This document shows positions 1-14,016 of a stretch of DNA of 64,000 nucleotides, one piece after another. The notes under the pieces are model-generated. The model had not been told where the DNA came from. It ran no database searches and saw nothing but the letters and a program-made list of their open reading frames with translations. Position 1 is the stretch's first letter, and each line of letters begins with the position of its first letter. The stretch comes from Podarcis filfolensis (taxonomy: Eukaryota): the NCBI GenBank assembly GCA_964270895.1, contig OZ185444.1, one strand, 5' to 3'. The translations under genes and the position numbers were made by a program.

Positions 1-365
1 TAGGAGGCTTTTAAGACACATTCTTTGGTGTGTTGACAGTGTGCTATAACCTCTGGTCTTGTGATCATGCTTAACTGAGAACCAAATGTCAAGATAGGGT
101 TTGCAGTGAACAGTATCCACATTGTTTTGCAGTGGATTGGTGCTACATATTAAAAAGCTCTGTATTTAAATTGAATCATGGAATTGGTAATTTTTACCTT
201 TCATAACATCACAGATGCTCCTCTAAAGCTTATTTACTTCAGTCCTAGGGAAAAGCGAATTCTCCATGATTGGCTTTCAGCATCTTCAAAAGTGACTATA
301 AGTTGGATGTTAACATAATTATAGGCTGGCATATTTATCAATGACAGTTTTGTTTCCTTTTTCAG

Positions 366-433
366 GACTAGCCAATCTGTCATCACTTCTTGCCGGAGAA
401 AATAAGAACCTTTCTTGAGAAGACCCTGGTCTC
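366..433 (+). other. ADIPOR2: 5'UTR part of the first coding exon of ADIPOR2; the upstream non-coding exon lies outside the window
   Basis: Polypyrimidine tract and acceptor ttttgtttcctttttcag|GACT ending at 365; no ATG before 434. Confidence 0.65.
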
Positions 434-601
434 ATGAACGAATCAACGGATCTCGGGAATGGCAGCATTCTGGAGCCAGCACTACGGCTCAGGAAGGGAC
501 ACATGCCCGATCCTGCTGGGCAGGAAAGCCTTGATAGTGACCAATCCAGTGAGCAGGGGCCCCTCCTAGTGGAGCCACCTGAATCTTCTGAACTGGAAAA
601 G
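434..601 (+). CDS. ADIPOR2: Adiponectin receptor 2, coding exon 1 (MNESTDLGNG...SSELEK, 56 aa)
   Basis: MNE...LRLRKGH resembles the vertebrate AdipoR2 N-terminus; donor AAG|gtaaat; phase 0 matches the next exon. Confidence 0.88.
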
Positions 602-1842
602 GTAAATAATAATTGGTACTCAGAAATCTAGCCAGGGAGTTGCATCAAACCTCCTTGAACAACTTAGGGATAAGTTAACAATTATAGGGGTATGGTTCTT
701 ATCAGAGAAGGCAATTCCACAGTGTCCAAGACCCAGGCCATTAAGGGATTTTAAAAACAACTACACCCCAGCATCTTGAATTTATCCCAGAAATGAAGAG
801 ATAACTAGTGGTTCTGTTACTGTGTGTGTCAAATATGCTTCATGTTGGAGAATCTTGACAAGTCTTACCACTGTGTACTGGAGCAACTGAAGTTCTTGAA
901 CTGTCTCCAGGGACAACCCTGCACAAGAATCTCAAAAGAAGGTGAACTGATTACCAGGGCTTATAATAAGTTGTAAGGGTTTTGAGAGAGGGCCACAATC
1001 AGTCTACCTCCAAAGTTGCTGTAAAGTCCTCTGTCACAGGCAGCTACCTAGGAATCCAAGAGGATTGTTGGATCCAAGAGTGTTTGGTTTGGCCTCCACA
1101 TATGAACACAGGGTGCAAGTAGAACAGTGCCTCCTTCAGTTGTGTGATTGGGAGAAAACCCAAGAAACAATAACCCTTCAATTTAGCTTCCTTGTATCAG
1201 TTCTAGTTGATGTACCAATATATAAACACACACATAAAGCAGTCCAATGATCGTATCCTAGTTTTTCCAACACTCAGCCAAGTGATTTAGAAGGTCTGTT
1301 TACTTCCAGGCAGGAGTGTTAATGGTATCATTTAAATCCATTGCTAGGCTGATGGTTTAGCAGTCAGTATCATAATGACTATAAGGTGCTTTATAAATGT
1401 AATTGGCTTTCTAATCATTACAGGAAATTCCCCTTTTCCTCCTTCCCCCAAATCAGAAGAGAACATATATTTTTGTATGATATGTAATTAAGTATAAGAA
1501 CTTTTGTAAGTTCACTCTGACTTTAAGTTCTGTTTAAGTTCTGCTAAGGTTTGGGTGGCATAATACATTGGCACAAACAAATATTACATGTATGTGGAAT
1601 TGCCTAAAAACTTTGTAAAGGAAAAAAGGTAAATGGCTTCAGGTTCTGTTTCTAACAATATGTCTAATGCCAGTGCTTTGATGTAGGGTTCATTTAAAGC
1701 CTGTTGTGCAACTTCTAAGAATGAATATAGTTCACTGGCAGATGAACAGTCTGTTCTGTGGGTAACTGTTATCTGGGTGACTTTAGACTGCTGAGCTTTG
1801 AAGCTTGTGTACAGTCTTTAAGGCCAGAGTATATATAGTACT

Positions 1843-2096
1843 TCCTGCCCACCTAGCAGTTCGAAAGCATGTCAGAGTGCAAGTAGATAAATAGGTACCG
1901 CTCCAGCGGGAAGGTAAACAGCGTTTCCATGCACTGCTCTGGTTCGCCAGAAGTGGCTTAGTCATGCTGGCCACATGACCTGGAAGCTGTCTGTGGACAA
2001 ATGCTGGCTTCCTTGGCCGGTAAAGCGAGATGAGCGCCACAACCCCACAGTCGTCTGCGACTGGACTTAACGGTCAGGGGTCCCTTTACCTTTTTT
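1843..2096 (+). mobile_element. 5'-truncated Sauria SINE with target-site duplication tatatagtact
   Basis: Diagnostic cctagcagttcgaaagca...ccctttacctttt; TSD at 1832-1842 and 2097-2107. Confidence 0.92.
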
Positions 2097-2559
2097 TATA
2101 TAGTACTTAGTAGCTTGTACTTGCTAAAATGAATACTACTAACACAGCTGTAGTAGTGGAGATTTATAAGACTGGTTTAAACAGAATTGATCTGCTAAAT
2201 ATAGTGGTCAGTGACATGTTTTGGCTGCATTCCTGTCACAGAATGGACTGGATGTACCCATCCTTACTAATAAATTTTGTGCAGGTGCAGGTGCAGAAAA
2301 GAAGTGGCTAAGAGCATAGGAAATAAGCACTGAATTAGTAGTTAGAGAAAGCAAACTTACACAAAGGAACAGATGCTTCAAATGGAGGGGGCAAGCTTTT
2401 GGTTTGTGGGATCTACTCTTTCTTTTTCTTTTGCCACATCTGGCCACTACTGGGAGTGGCTGCTTGGCGACAGAGCTAGTTTTGATTACCAGCTGCATCT
2501 TCTGATGAAACCATACACTGAAGTGGTCTGCTTGTACGGTAACACAATTTACACCTGTG

Positions 2560-2900
2560 TTACTTTATTTATACTTTGCCCTTTTCCCTGACGGGACTCT
2601 CAAGGCAGTTTACAGATAAAAATAGGAACTGTTTAAAACATAGAAAAAACAATCTATAATAAACAATTCAACACTGATAGAATTATGACTATATACATAT
2701 ATAAATCTATTAACATTATACAAATAATTACGATAAAAATAGCACGGTGCTAACTCTTTCATTAAAAGTAGTCATTTCCCAAAAGCCTGTTGGAACAAGA
2801 AAGTCTTCACTTGCTGGCAGAAGGACAACCAGGAGAGAACCAGTCCAACTGCTCTAGGTAGGGGGTTCCAAAGTCTGGGAGCAGCCACCAAGAAGGACCT
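2560..2900 (-). mobile_element. L2 LINE 3' end
   Basis: Reverse strand gives KTFLFQQAF-like ORF2 end and an L2-type tail. Confidence 0.7.
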
Positions 2901-5900
2901 TGGTTTTATTAACACCAAGCTCTAAAATTACTACATAAAACCTGGTTACAGTGATTATTATTGTTTATATTGTTCTAAGTGCAGAAAGGATACCTTTTAG
3001 AAGTTCTCGCCAGCCCTCCATTCTCGGATACATCGTCCCCACACTGATTAGCCCAAGTGAAAGTATCTGATACTTAATAGTAGAAAAGGAAAGAATGAAA
3101 GCAGGCGTGCTTCATTTTGATATTCTTGCAGCCTAATCCTATGCATGATTCCAACAGGCACTCTCAGAACAGAACCATTATTATTAAATACTGTTCAGGC
3201 ATTTTCAGAACCTCGGTCTTGTAGATCTGCTGTACTTGGAAGTGTCACAGGATTTTCAAGTGAAAATAATGCTCAGAACCCTCCTTCCCCCTCCCTCGCC
3301 TCCCATCTTGCACACAAATGAGAGTAAGCTGCCTTGAATTCAGCATAACTTACTGCTGAGTGAAATACATAGGATTGTGCACTCTTAATCCTCTTTCTCT
3401 TTCCTCCCTCCCCCTTCATTATCAAATGAAAAATACACCATTAAGTAAGAGATTCTGGATCTACGATTTTAGAAGGCCGCCTCAGCCGAAGTGAGGGGTG
3501 GAGGTGTTACAGAAGGTTTTCAATTTTAGGAAGGAACGTCAAATCAAAAGCTGCCTTATACCTGGCCCATGCTATTATGTTGTCTTCCTCCTTCCTCCTT
3601 GAAAATTTATCTGCACTGCTTCCTTTCTTCACTTTGCCACTGTATAATCACTTTGTGCCAGCACAGGCCCCACCCAGAATAAATGGCACATGTACAGTGA
3701 TGCTAGCTGCTGCTGATCCTTCCCATAGAGACTTGAGGTGAATGGGCTAGTCTGTGATAGTAAGGCAAGCTTGTGGGAGGTGGGTCTGAAGTGGCCCTCT
3801 AATTCTCCCAATTGATCTTGACTATCCAGCTTCAAGACAGAAATCTTAACCGTAAAAAATTATGAGTATTAACAGTGTTGTGACAATGCTAGACCTGTTT
3901 CCTTTGAAGTGTCTGTTGGGGAGGGCACATCATGGTGATGAAAAGCTCTTGTATCAGAATTTTTTAGCACCACCTTTTTGTTAATTCCGACAATTGGCAT
4001 TTTTTCTCTTAATGTTCAGGCACTTAACAAAACACTCTTGAAAAAGGAAGTGTCAGTTACTCACATTGCGTGTCTAAGCACTGTGAAATGCATTTGTATT
4101 TGGTACTGCTTGTGTGTTCAGTTTCCTTTTCTATGGAGAAATAGTTTGGCAAGTTTTTATTCTGAAGTCTGTCATACTCAGCATGTTTACTTAAAATACG
4201 TTTTGAAGTCAGCAAGACTTCCTCTTTTAAAGCTGAGTGACGCTTATTGGATCACCTTTACCCTATCTTGTGTCTGTTTCCCTCTGATGGAGGAAAGCAC
4301 ATCTTTTCCACAGTGGTATTGGAGTACTTCTCCCAGAAAGAAAGCCTGTGGGGTGCCAGGTGATAATTCAGACTGTCTTCAGGCATGCAAATGATAGTTG
4401 GATTATTTATTGTACACATTTTTATTTTCACTGTGGTGGGTGTAAACCTTTGCTAACCTAGTGCCCCCTTGCCCCAGCATGCTGACTGGGGCTAATGGGA
4501 AATTTAGTCCTAAATGTATGGAGGGCACCAGGTTGGCAGAAGTTGCTCTAGTGAATATTCACGTTTTCTTAAGCTGTTGGTGCTTTTTTCTGCCCTGTGC
4601 CGGACTGTCTGGCCTCCTTCATGGCATTTATCTTCCTTTGCCCTTTGCTATTTGAATGGTTGGAGTGTCTTTGTTCTCCCTGCTGTTCTTCAGTCACTGA
4701 TATCTCCTAAAGAAATGGTTCTCACTGTGACTTTGTTAAACTGACACAATCAAATGCATGTGACTTTTATCACCTGATGAATGGGCTTTTTATGTACAGC
4801 CCTGAAAACCTGCACTTGACTCTCTCCCTTTTTTCTATAATCCTCCAATGACAGAGAGGGAACAAAAGGCTGTTTTCTTCACATTTCCCCCCTAGCTCCC
4901 ACAGCCCTCTGCTCTTGATTGATGGTGGTTTTTGTCTAAAAGTTCCTGCATCTGTGGTGCTCTGTGCACTTGCAGTGTGTGGCCTAGAAGCGTGTCTGTG
5001 AAATTTTGGGTCCTTTGCTCTGAAGCATTTGGTACTGTGCAGAGGATAATGAAGCGCAGCACTTGACTCTTCAGTCAGTGGAAGGCTTCTTCATGGCAGA
5101 TACCCAGCTGGAACATTTGTCAAGCAGCCAGGGCCTCCATGACTCTTGAATTCAGCTGTTTGACCTTTGGGAAAGAATCCATTAGTAAGCCTACTTTGAA
5201 AGTGAAAAAACTGTGCTCAAGCATAGTAAAAATGGGAAGGAAAAGAATAGAAACCAAATAAAAAATACTGACATGAATACTTAAGAACAAGGGATTTAGA
5301 GTTCATCCTTAAGGAAAGGCATTGGAAACCTGTTGCTTTCTTTTGCATCCTGGTGTGGAGGAGGCAGGTCAACCTGCTGTATGCCATTATATTCTTTGTT
5401 TGTTTGTTTATTACAACTATTTCTTTTAACTTGTTTTTAGCTCTTTGTGCTTTTACTATCTAGTTTTGTGTTCTACTACCTAGTTTTGTGTTTTTATATT
5501 GCTATAAACCGCTGTGATACATTTTTATGGTACAGTGACATATAAACATTTTTATTAAAAAATAAATAATAAAATGTAAGAGACAAGGCATGGCATCTAC
5601 TCATCTTTGCACCTTATTAAGGTTTTGTATTTCTGTAAATAACATGCTCAGACAATCCTTCTTTCCCTGCCTCTACACTATATCCCACAATCTCTCAATT
5701 GCCATGTTTTCTACTTTTTTTGGTTATGATAGGACAACTTCTCCACTTTTAGATCCTGCTTTTGCATTGTTTTAATATAGTGAACTGGTTTTGGAAAGTA
5801 AACGCTTAGAATTGTCTCAGTGTCTTGGATACAGCAAAGGCAAGTTCCATATATGCCCTTGGTATTTTTTTCTCTTGTTTCTGCTTCTCCTCTGTGTTTT

Positions 5901-7721
5901 CTTTTACCCAATGAGTGATGAGCTATTGCTGCCTTCATAGCAACAAATATTACTTTCTAGGATTCCCTCCTCTCTGAACTTTAAAAATAATTTTTAAAGG
6001 CCAGTATCTGAAAGGTAATCATGTGTGGACACAAGGCATGGTTCTGCCAATTTATTGGCCTCTTGAGGGAAGAGGCAGCCATTTTAGAAGTAAACAGGAA
6101 CTTACTCTATAGAGGTCGGTGGCGTTTTGTTTTTTTAAAAAATATTTTAATTAAGTTTTCACATAATACATCTTAAAAAGTTTTCACATAATACATCTTA
6201 AAAAAACAGGCAGGTGGAGATTTGGTGGATACCCCTTTGTCATTATTTTTACCAGGTTTGCTATGCACTGTCCTGGACTTTTTCACTTAACATAGAAAGT
6301 TGTGTAGTGTGGTGTTGCTTGTGTAGCTTAGTCTAAATTGGCAACTGATCTTTTGCGACTGGATGGAGATGTCCAGGAGCCACACTTGGTGCTTAGCATC
6401 TCCAGCTGCCTGGCTGCAGTCAGCTCGTCTGCCAGGCACAGCGCAGCAAAAAATGCATCTTTTTTGTGCTGCCTAGTGAATCAGGTGTTTGGAAGAATAA
6501 TGCAGTAGCAAAAGACATGTCTTTTGCTGCTGCACTACCCTGCAGACCCCCTGATTCTCTTGGCAACTCCCCCCTCCCCCCGCAGCGGAAAAAAAAGGCA
6601 GCTAGACATTTTGTGTTGGTGCCCACAACCTAGGTCCCAGGAGCCACATGGTTCCTAGCATTCCTATCCCAGCTTCCAACTGCTGCTCATCAGTTGCTTT
6701 TATAAACCATAACTTGTTGAGATCCTAGTTCGATTGTAGGAGAAAGACAAGAAGGCATTGGGTTCATTTACTCCTGCAATGTAAGAGAGGTTACACTGCA
6801 TCAAGCAAATAGATCACATTTCCATTTTCTGGCAGCAGGTAGAAGGGGGAGCTAGCAAAGGTATTTTGGCAATTACTGGTGGTGAAAGCAGGGTTTTCTG
6901 GAGCAGTATAATTTCTTATGTATCTTGTTTCCATTTAGCATGCTTCATAAGCCTGTTTTCTTTCCCTTCCCCCATATTCCCCCCCCCCTTTGCATATGAA
7001 GTGTTGCTTTACTTAGCAAGTCAAATTCCAGGCAGCCTGTCACTCTCATGCACAGCTGCTTTTGGTATTAGCATATGGACAAAAGAGGTGGGGAAGAGCC
7101 TTCTTGGGCAGGTGCTGTTCTTCAGTCTGCCCAGTGTCAGAATGCCCTAGTCATTTCCCAGATAAGATGCATACACAGCCATCTCTTGCATTGCTGTTGA
7201 ACACCAGCAAACAGATTTGCTGTGACCTGAAATATGTGTGAACACGCAGGAAGAAAGAATTCTTTGCAGCAAAGGAGCTCTTTAATATGCCTGCTTAAGC
7301 CCAGACACAAATTATCATAAAGCTTGTGATTTGTAGGCTTTAAGAAGAAAAAGGAAAGAAAACCTGAAATATGTAATAATCTCTCCCATGATCAGAGAAC
7401 AGTTCTGATTCCTGTTAACACATTCCAGAGGGGTAGTGGAGTTTCATGGCTGCCAATGAAAAGCTTATGCCACAATCAAATCTTTTAGCCTTTAGGTTGC
7501 CTCACGAGTTTGTTGTATCTTGCAGACATCATATTTTGATCAGTAGATCCATTGTCCTTTTTCTTCATGAGACAGATCCCTCATGACTTCTGTTAAGTTG
7601 CATTTATAACTGAAGAAGACCAGTTAATGTGTGATATACTAATACAAGGGCTCTATCTTCATTCTGTCTCACAATTACCCCCCTCAATGTCTAGCGCCTG
7701 CCTTTGCCTGTACTAAGCGGC

Positions 7722-8020
7722 TATTTATTCTTTTATTTATTTATACATAACCTGCCTTTTTCCTGACAGGACTCAAGGCGGCTTACAGATAAAAATTAGA
7801 ACCACTAAAAACATTGAAAAAATAATGATAAAACAACAAAACCTTGATAGAATTAAAACTATATACGTATATAAAATATATTAAAACCATACCAATAATT
7901 ACAATAAAAACAGCACTGCACCAGCCCTTTCATTAAAAGCAGTCAGTTTCCAAATGCCTCTTGGAAAAAGAAAGTCTTCACCTGTCGGTGGAAGGACAAC
8001 AAGCAGGGAGCCTGTCTAGC
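7722..8020 (-). mobile_element. L2 LINE 3' end, same family as 2560-2900
   Basis: Shares ctcaaggc-g-ttacagataaaaat, ctttcattaaaag and aagaaagtcttcac blocks with the copy at 2560. Confidence 0.7.
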
Positions 8021-11000
8021 TTATTTTATAAGGAGTATGTGTACACTCCAGTCATGCCAGTTCTCTCCTCTTCCCCATTTCTTACAAAGGGTTTCTGGAC
8101 TCTCATAACAACTCTTATCCTCACTTCATCCCTCTCTACTCTTTTTGTTATGCCTTATCTTTTCCATTATTTTTCATCTTGTTTGAATTCTGAATGCCTT
8201 TGTCCTGAAGGCAGGGTGTTCTTCTGAGCGATGTTAGTGCTTAGTCCCATGATGGCTGTTGTCATGGGCAGTTTTTTTATACTAATGGGAGTAGAGTTGT
8301 GTCCTCAGTCATGCTATGTGTGGGGAAGCTATCTTGATTGGTATGGTAATGCCCACTAACTACTAGAGTATCATTTACACCCACACCCACACCCTTTTCT
8401 ACAAATCCTAAGCGTTCTTTTAACTGTTAAACTTTGCCTGACTTGTACCGACCTTTCCCCATGAGTTTATTTCTCCAAAAAAGCAGTGAGACTTAGTTGA
8501 TCTTCTGCAACTTGCAGCATTTAAAAGACTTAATAGTTGAAGGTCAGTATAGATCACTGTGACCTTGAACACCAGTTCTGAAGACAAAATGGCTACACTC
8601 TGCATTTGACTTCAGAATAGCAATTAACTGCATCCAGTTGGTCTGCTTGCAGAGTGACATGTTGCCCACTTCACCTCTATTGTGATGAGGCTGCAGAGTC
8701 CCTGGAACCAAACATGCCCATGTAGCCATTTGGCAGCCAATCAAAATATCCTTGTGATCAATTAGATGAACAGCTTCCTTCCAGAGTCACATTGCTGCAA
8801 GATACTGCAATCTCTGTTGTAGGCTTGAAATGTTTCGCTTTGCTTCTCTTCCCCTCTTCCCGATGAACCGCATTGCAATAATTTATCTGCAAATGCAGCA
8901 TTTGGGGAAGAGAACATGGGTGACCTGTCTGTTCCTGACTTTACTATTTGTACACTTAAACAACCTACCTCTCTCATTTTTGCCTAATAATTGCTTTCTG
9001 TGGCTGAAAGGAAGGAACATGTATCTGTTAGGTATTGCCATAAAGACCAATGTGAGTTTCTGTACTATAAATATCCCCAGATTAATAGGTCCCCAGATAA
9101 TATGTCCCCAGACAAACTATGGAGTAGCTGGCTTAACATTATGCTCAAAGTAGTGCTTGTGGCTTTATGCTTTTCAAACAAACCAGCCTAAGGCCAATGT
9201 TTGTTCTAGGCTTCCTGACTATGTTTTTTTGAAGAGAAACAAATCACAAGTGCTGGTTCAGATCCAACACTAAGCCAGCCTTCCAGCGGTCTGTTTCTCC
9301 ACTCATAAGGGAGGAATGAGGTGGAAGAGCTTGAGCTAGGTACACCGGCACAAAGTATGAGCATGTTATGATCAAGACAGACAAACTCCACTTGGCTTAG
9401 CAACATGTGTGAATACGACCAGTATGGTCCAGTTTCAAAAACTAACTGAAGCCAGTAGAGAAGAGGTGAAATCCACAATTGAGCTTATGGGCTAGGTGTT
9501 CAGAAACTAGAAAAACTGTGGGGGAAGGGATACTCTGCTGGCCAAACTTGAAACCTAGGGATAGGTTATTAAACTTGGTTGTAAAAGGGTGCATCCTTGG
9601 TAGACAAGCCCATTGCAGTCTACAAACTGTGTTAAAGGGCTTTAATACACTTGTGGGGAGTTACTGTTTTAACAAATGTTGACAGCTAGATCCAAGTGCG
9701 TAGAGCAAAAGAACCATCTGAATCTTTAATGATGTGAATTGCTGTAGCTGCTATTCAGGCAGGTTTTCATGCAGAGTATGTGGAACCATGCTTCCATATA
9801 GTATAGAAAACTGCTTGCTTTGCTTGCTTGCTTAGGTCCTCTTTTTGTTGTCAGATCTAGTATAGTGAGACCCAAAGTTTGTGCATTATTGAAAGTGTAC
9901 AAGGAATCTCCTTTCTTTGAAAGCTCTTTCTGGGTTTTAACTGTTTTGAAGTAGATATATGTTTAAGTAAAATTGCAAGCCTAAACAGCTTCCTTAGCTG
10001 TGAATGAGGGGAAGTGGAAAAGGCTCAGGAATTGTAGGCAGGGCAAATAAACACACCCTGTCCTTTCATCTCTGCTACACTGCCTTGCATATTTTAACCA
10101 GGAAGATGCCTCTTTGTTTGATGGCAGCAATCCATTCAGTTTATCACATACAACTTTTGTAGAATAACTGGCTGCAGTTTTAGGCAGCACAATGGACTCA
10201 AGTTCGTATATTTGTATTTTCTGTTAAATTCTGAATTTTCTCAGTAAGCAGTGTGCTTGAATAAGTGTGTGCCAAGTATTCTAGAGTTGCATATACATTC
10301 TGATGGGTCATTAGTGACTTTCGAGTGGGTCTCTTAACCAATATAAAGCCTTACGTGGAGGTGAGTTCTAGCATGCGTAAGTGATGATGTATGGATGCTG
10401 GTGTGCTGCTTTAGTGTGAGCATCTTTGAATAGTACAGAACCTGTAAGCTGGGTTAGTGACCTACTCCAGTGACCATCTTAAGACCTGCTTGAGTCACTT
10501 ACGTAGCTTCTCTGTTCATTCTTGCAGGAAACAAAGGGAAGGAACTGTACCCTTTTCATTTATGTTTGAACTGTTGCTTTCTCCCAGATCTCTTTTAAAA
10601 CCAAAAGCAATATATTGACAGATGGGAAGATTGCCAAACTGGTGAGAAGGAGAGAAAGTAAACTCACTAAGAATTGATCTGCCTCTTTTCTCTATTCTTC
10701 CTCTTTACCTCCACCACCCCATCTCTTGATTTTTAACCTAGCAGCTTGGCTGTGTTGCAGGTAGGTGTTTATTGTGGAAGAACAGATCCTGCTAAGATCA
10801 CCTTTGGTGAACATTTGTATGTACTTTCAATGATCTTGGATTAAATTATTTTGAATTATAGGATTTTGTATTGGTGATTCTGAATTTTTAATGGACTCAG
10901 GTCCTTCTGGCAGGTTTCATAAGCATCTGATAGCCCAGTGTAAGAATGGAATGCTGGGCTACGTAAGCCTTTGGATTGATCCAGCAGTGCTCTTCCTATG

Positions 11001-11990
11001 TTGATTAACTTGATTTTTTTTTTATAGTGAAAGCATAGTTAGCAAAGTTTTCTCTGAACATTTAGTAAGAAACATTCTTAACACTGTGTCGGAGCAAAAC
11101 AGTGCTTAAGTGTCTAATCCATATTAAATAACATTGGGAAAATAACTAAGGATTTGTTTTCATTTATGATAGTCAATCTGAAATAAATTATTTGCTCCCT
11201 TAAAAAACCTTAGTATATATAGGGCTTTACCTTTGACTGTCCTTTAAAGTGCATGGTGCTTCTATACAGTATAGGTAGGATTTTGATCTTGCACTACAGT
11301 ATTGTAAAACTACATTAACGGGCAGAAGATGCATAAATGACTGGAAAAGGAACTCTTTCTGTGCCAGCCTCAATGTGAGCCCCCTCAATTAAAAGTTACT
11401 GATGTTGGCTGGTACAGATGAGAATTGACTAAGTTTCCTGGGTCATTGAAGAGGCTCTTAAATGTTGGAAAGGGACTATCCAATGCTCATATGATTTGCC
11501 TATAGAAAGTTCCATTTTTAGTGACCAGCATTTCCATTTAAAGACTCACATTATTAGACTGGGAAAGGCATCTGCCTGAGACTCTAGGGAACCCCTGATA
11601 GTTGGGGTAGACAACACTGGGCCCAGTGGCCCAGTTAAGTCTACTGCAGCTTCATGTGCAATCTTACATTTAGGCAATTGTAAGATGTTTGGGGGGAAAG
11701 CAAAGAACAATAAAAAAGAGAATCAGTTTAACATTGAGTTTGCCTGACACTGATTCTTCCTAAAACATTGTTGTAGCTAATAACTGGATTCTCATAAGCA
11801 AAGGCATGCAAATTGTGTTTGTTTAACAGTTCTTTTCTAGTAAATAGGTTGGTGATTGACATAATCTGTGCAAGGGCAACAAACTGCAAAATGCATTCAT
11901 GCTGTGTTAACCGCATCTTATTTCACATTGAAAGAAAGGAAAAAGCATGATCAAATTCAGAGTTTTGTCTATCTTTCTAAAAGGGAGTAA

Positions 11991-12576
11991 TAGAATCATA
12001 GAATTATAGAGTTAGAAGGGACCCAGAGGGTCATCTATTCTAACCCCCAGCAATGCAGGAATCTCAACTAATGCATCTATGACAGACGACATCCCAACCT
12101 CTGCTTAAAAACCTCCAATGAAGGAGAGTCCACCACCTTCTGAGGGAGTCTCTTCCACTGTCACACAGCTCTTACCATCAGAAAGTTCTTCCTGATGTTT
12201 ATTCAGAATCTCCTTTCTTGTAACTTGAAGCTCTTGGTTTGGGTCCTAGTCTCCAGAGGAGACAACAAGCTTGGAAGATGGCTGTTACATCTCCTCTCAG
12301 TCTCCTCTTATCCAGGCTAAACATACCCACTTCCCTCAACTGTTCCTCATCAGGCTCGGTTTCCAGATCCTTTATCATCTTGGTTACCCTCCTTTGCACA
12401 CGTTTCAGCTTGTCAATATCCTTCTTAAACTGTGCTGTCGAGAACTGGACACAGTACTCCTGGTGTGGTCTAACCAAGGCAAAATAGAGTGGAACTATTA
12501 TTTCCCTTGATTGGGACATTATATTTCTGTCGATGCAGCCTAGAATAGCATGAGCCTTTTTTGCTACTGCATCACA
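11991..12576 (-). mobile_element. CR1 LINE 3' fragment with degraded ORF2 C-terminus
   Basis: (ATTCTATG)-type tail; ORF 12199-12519 reads PLYFALVRPHQEYCVQF...KRRLRGD, typical of CR1 ORF2. Confidence 0.93.
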
Positions 12577-12826
12577 AAGTGGCAGTTATACCTAATAGTC
12601 TCTTCCCTTCCATAGCACAAATTGGGGACCACCAACTCCATTGCATTTTGCTCAACAGCATTGGCTAGAGAACCTAATTCTGGAGTATGCAGCTAGAGGA
12701 CATGTTTCTTTTGAACATTCTACACTTGTGTGCTTATCTGGCTTCATATTTGATAGAATTCTGTGTTAAGTCACTGAAAGCAAAACTTGTTTTTGCTTGT
12801 TATTCAACAATTCTTTTATGTTTCAG

Positions 12827-12940
12827 AGTTCTGATCATGTTGGCAGCGATGATGCAGCTCATGAGGATGAAGGATTTATGGGGATGCTGCCTCTCCAAGC
12901 TCACCATGCCATGGAGAGGATGGAAGAGTTTGTATGTAAG
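12827..12940 (+). CDS. ADIPOR2: ADIPOR2 coding exon 2 (SSDHVGSDD...EDEGFMGMLPLQAHHAMERMEEFVCK)
   Basis: tttcag| acceptor, AAG|gtaaga donor, conserved QAHHAME-MEEFVCK motif. Confidence 0.96.
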
Positions 12941-14016
12941 GTAAGAGGCTGCAAAGCAAGTGCCCATCATGCTCTGGTGTGCTTCACACAGCTCTTGGGT
13001 CCTTTGGCTAGCAGTGCATGCACTTCTGGCAACAAAGAGCCAAGTCACAGTGGGTGGCCGTCAAGGAGTTCTGTTGTCTTGGCTGATGCTGCCACTGTGC
13101 GTGTTGGGATCTTGCGCTTCCAGTAATTGGATGAATTAGAAAGTTTAGCACGATAGGGATTACACGTTGAAATGTAGGATTAAACATGATGGTACAACTG
13201 TTGAGCCTCTTTTTTGAAACATCTGTGGAAGTCCAAGCAGAATAATGCCCTCTGCTTCTAGTGTTTCTGGGTCAGAGAACTTTAATTTACAAGGTCACCT
13301 TTTTCCACACACTCTCTTTCAGGCCTTTGCAAATCTTTGTTTGGAGATTACCATTTGTCTCCCTTGTGTAGCAGCCTCATTGTGTCCACCATCCCAAGTG
13401 AAAAAAGCCAGTTCTATTGAAATGCCACCCTGGACAAATTCATTGTGAGCTGTGTAAATATTACTGGTCTTGACTTTCCTTGGCTAATCTTAAAGGGAAA
13501 TAGTTTATGCTGGTGTCTGGCTCTAACGTCAGAATCAGAACAGAGAATATTATTTTTACCTTGTTTTGCTGCTATCTTTTCATAATTGGAAGGATGACCT
13601 TGGAAATGCAGGATTTATTAACAAAATTTCTACAAATATATGAACCCCAACTTTAATGAAGCTCCATTGTTACCATCTTTCTTTTTTCCACCTATCACTG
13701 AAGTCGCAGAATATTTGACTTTGGGTGATTCATATTTTAGAATGGCAAACATGCTCCCAAACTTTCATGGAGGGGTGCTTTGGATTGGCTTTTCTTTGCC
13801 TTCATGTGGCACACTACAGGGAGCAGTTTTTTCAGTTTCCTGAAACTTCATACTAATTTCAAAATTATTTGTGGTGGTAAAGGTGCTGTGGATTTTGTAG
13901 AAGAGTGCAGTGGCTGAACTATTCTCTATACTGCTTTTTCCATTTGAAATGTAATGTGTATTTCCTTGGGAAACTGCCACAGGAGGACTAACACAACCCC
14001 TCCTTACTCCCTTTAG

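Noticed and set aside
12199-12519. 106-aa ORF resembling a reverse-transcriptase C-terminus
   Set aside because: Degraded CR1 ORF2 fragment, not a host gene
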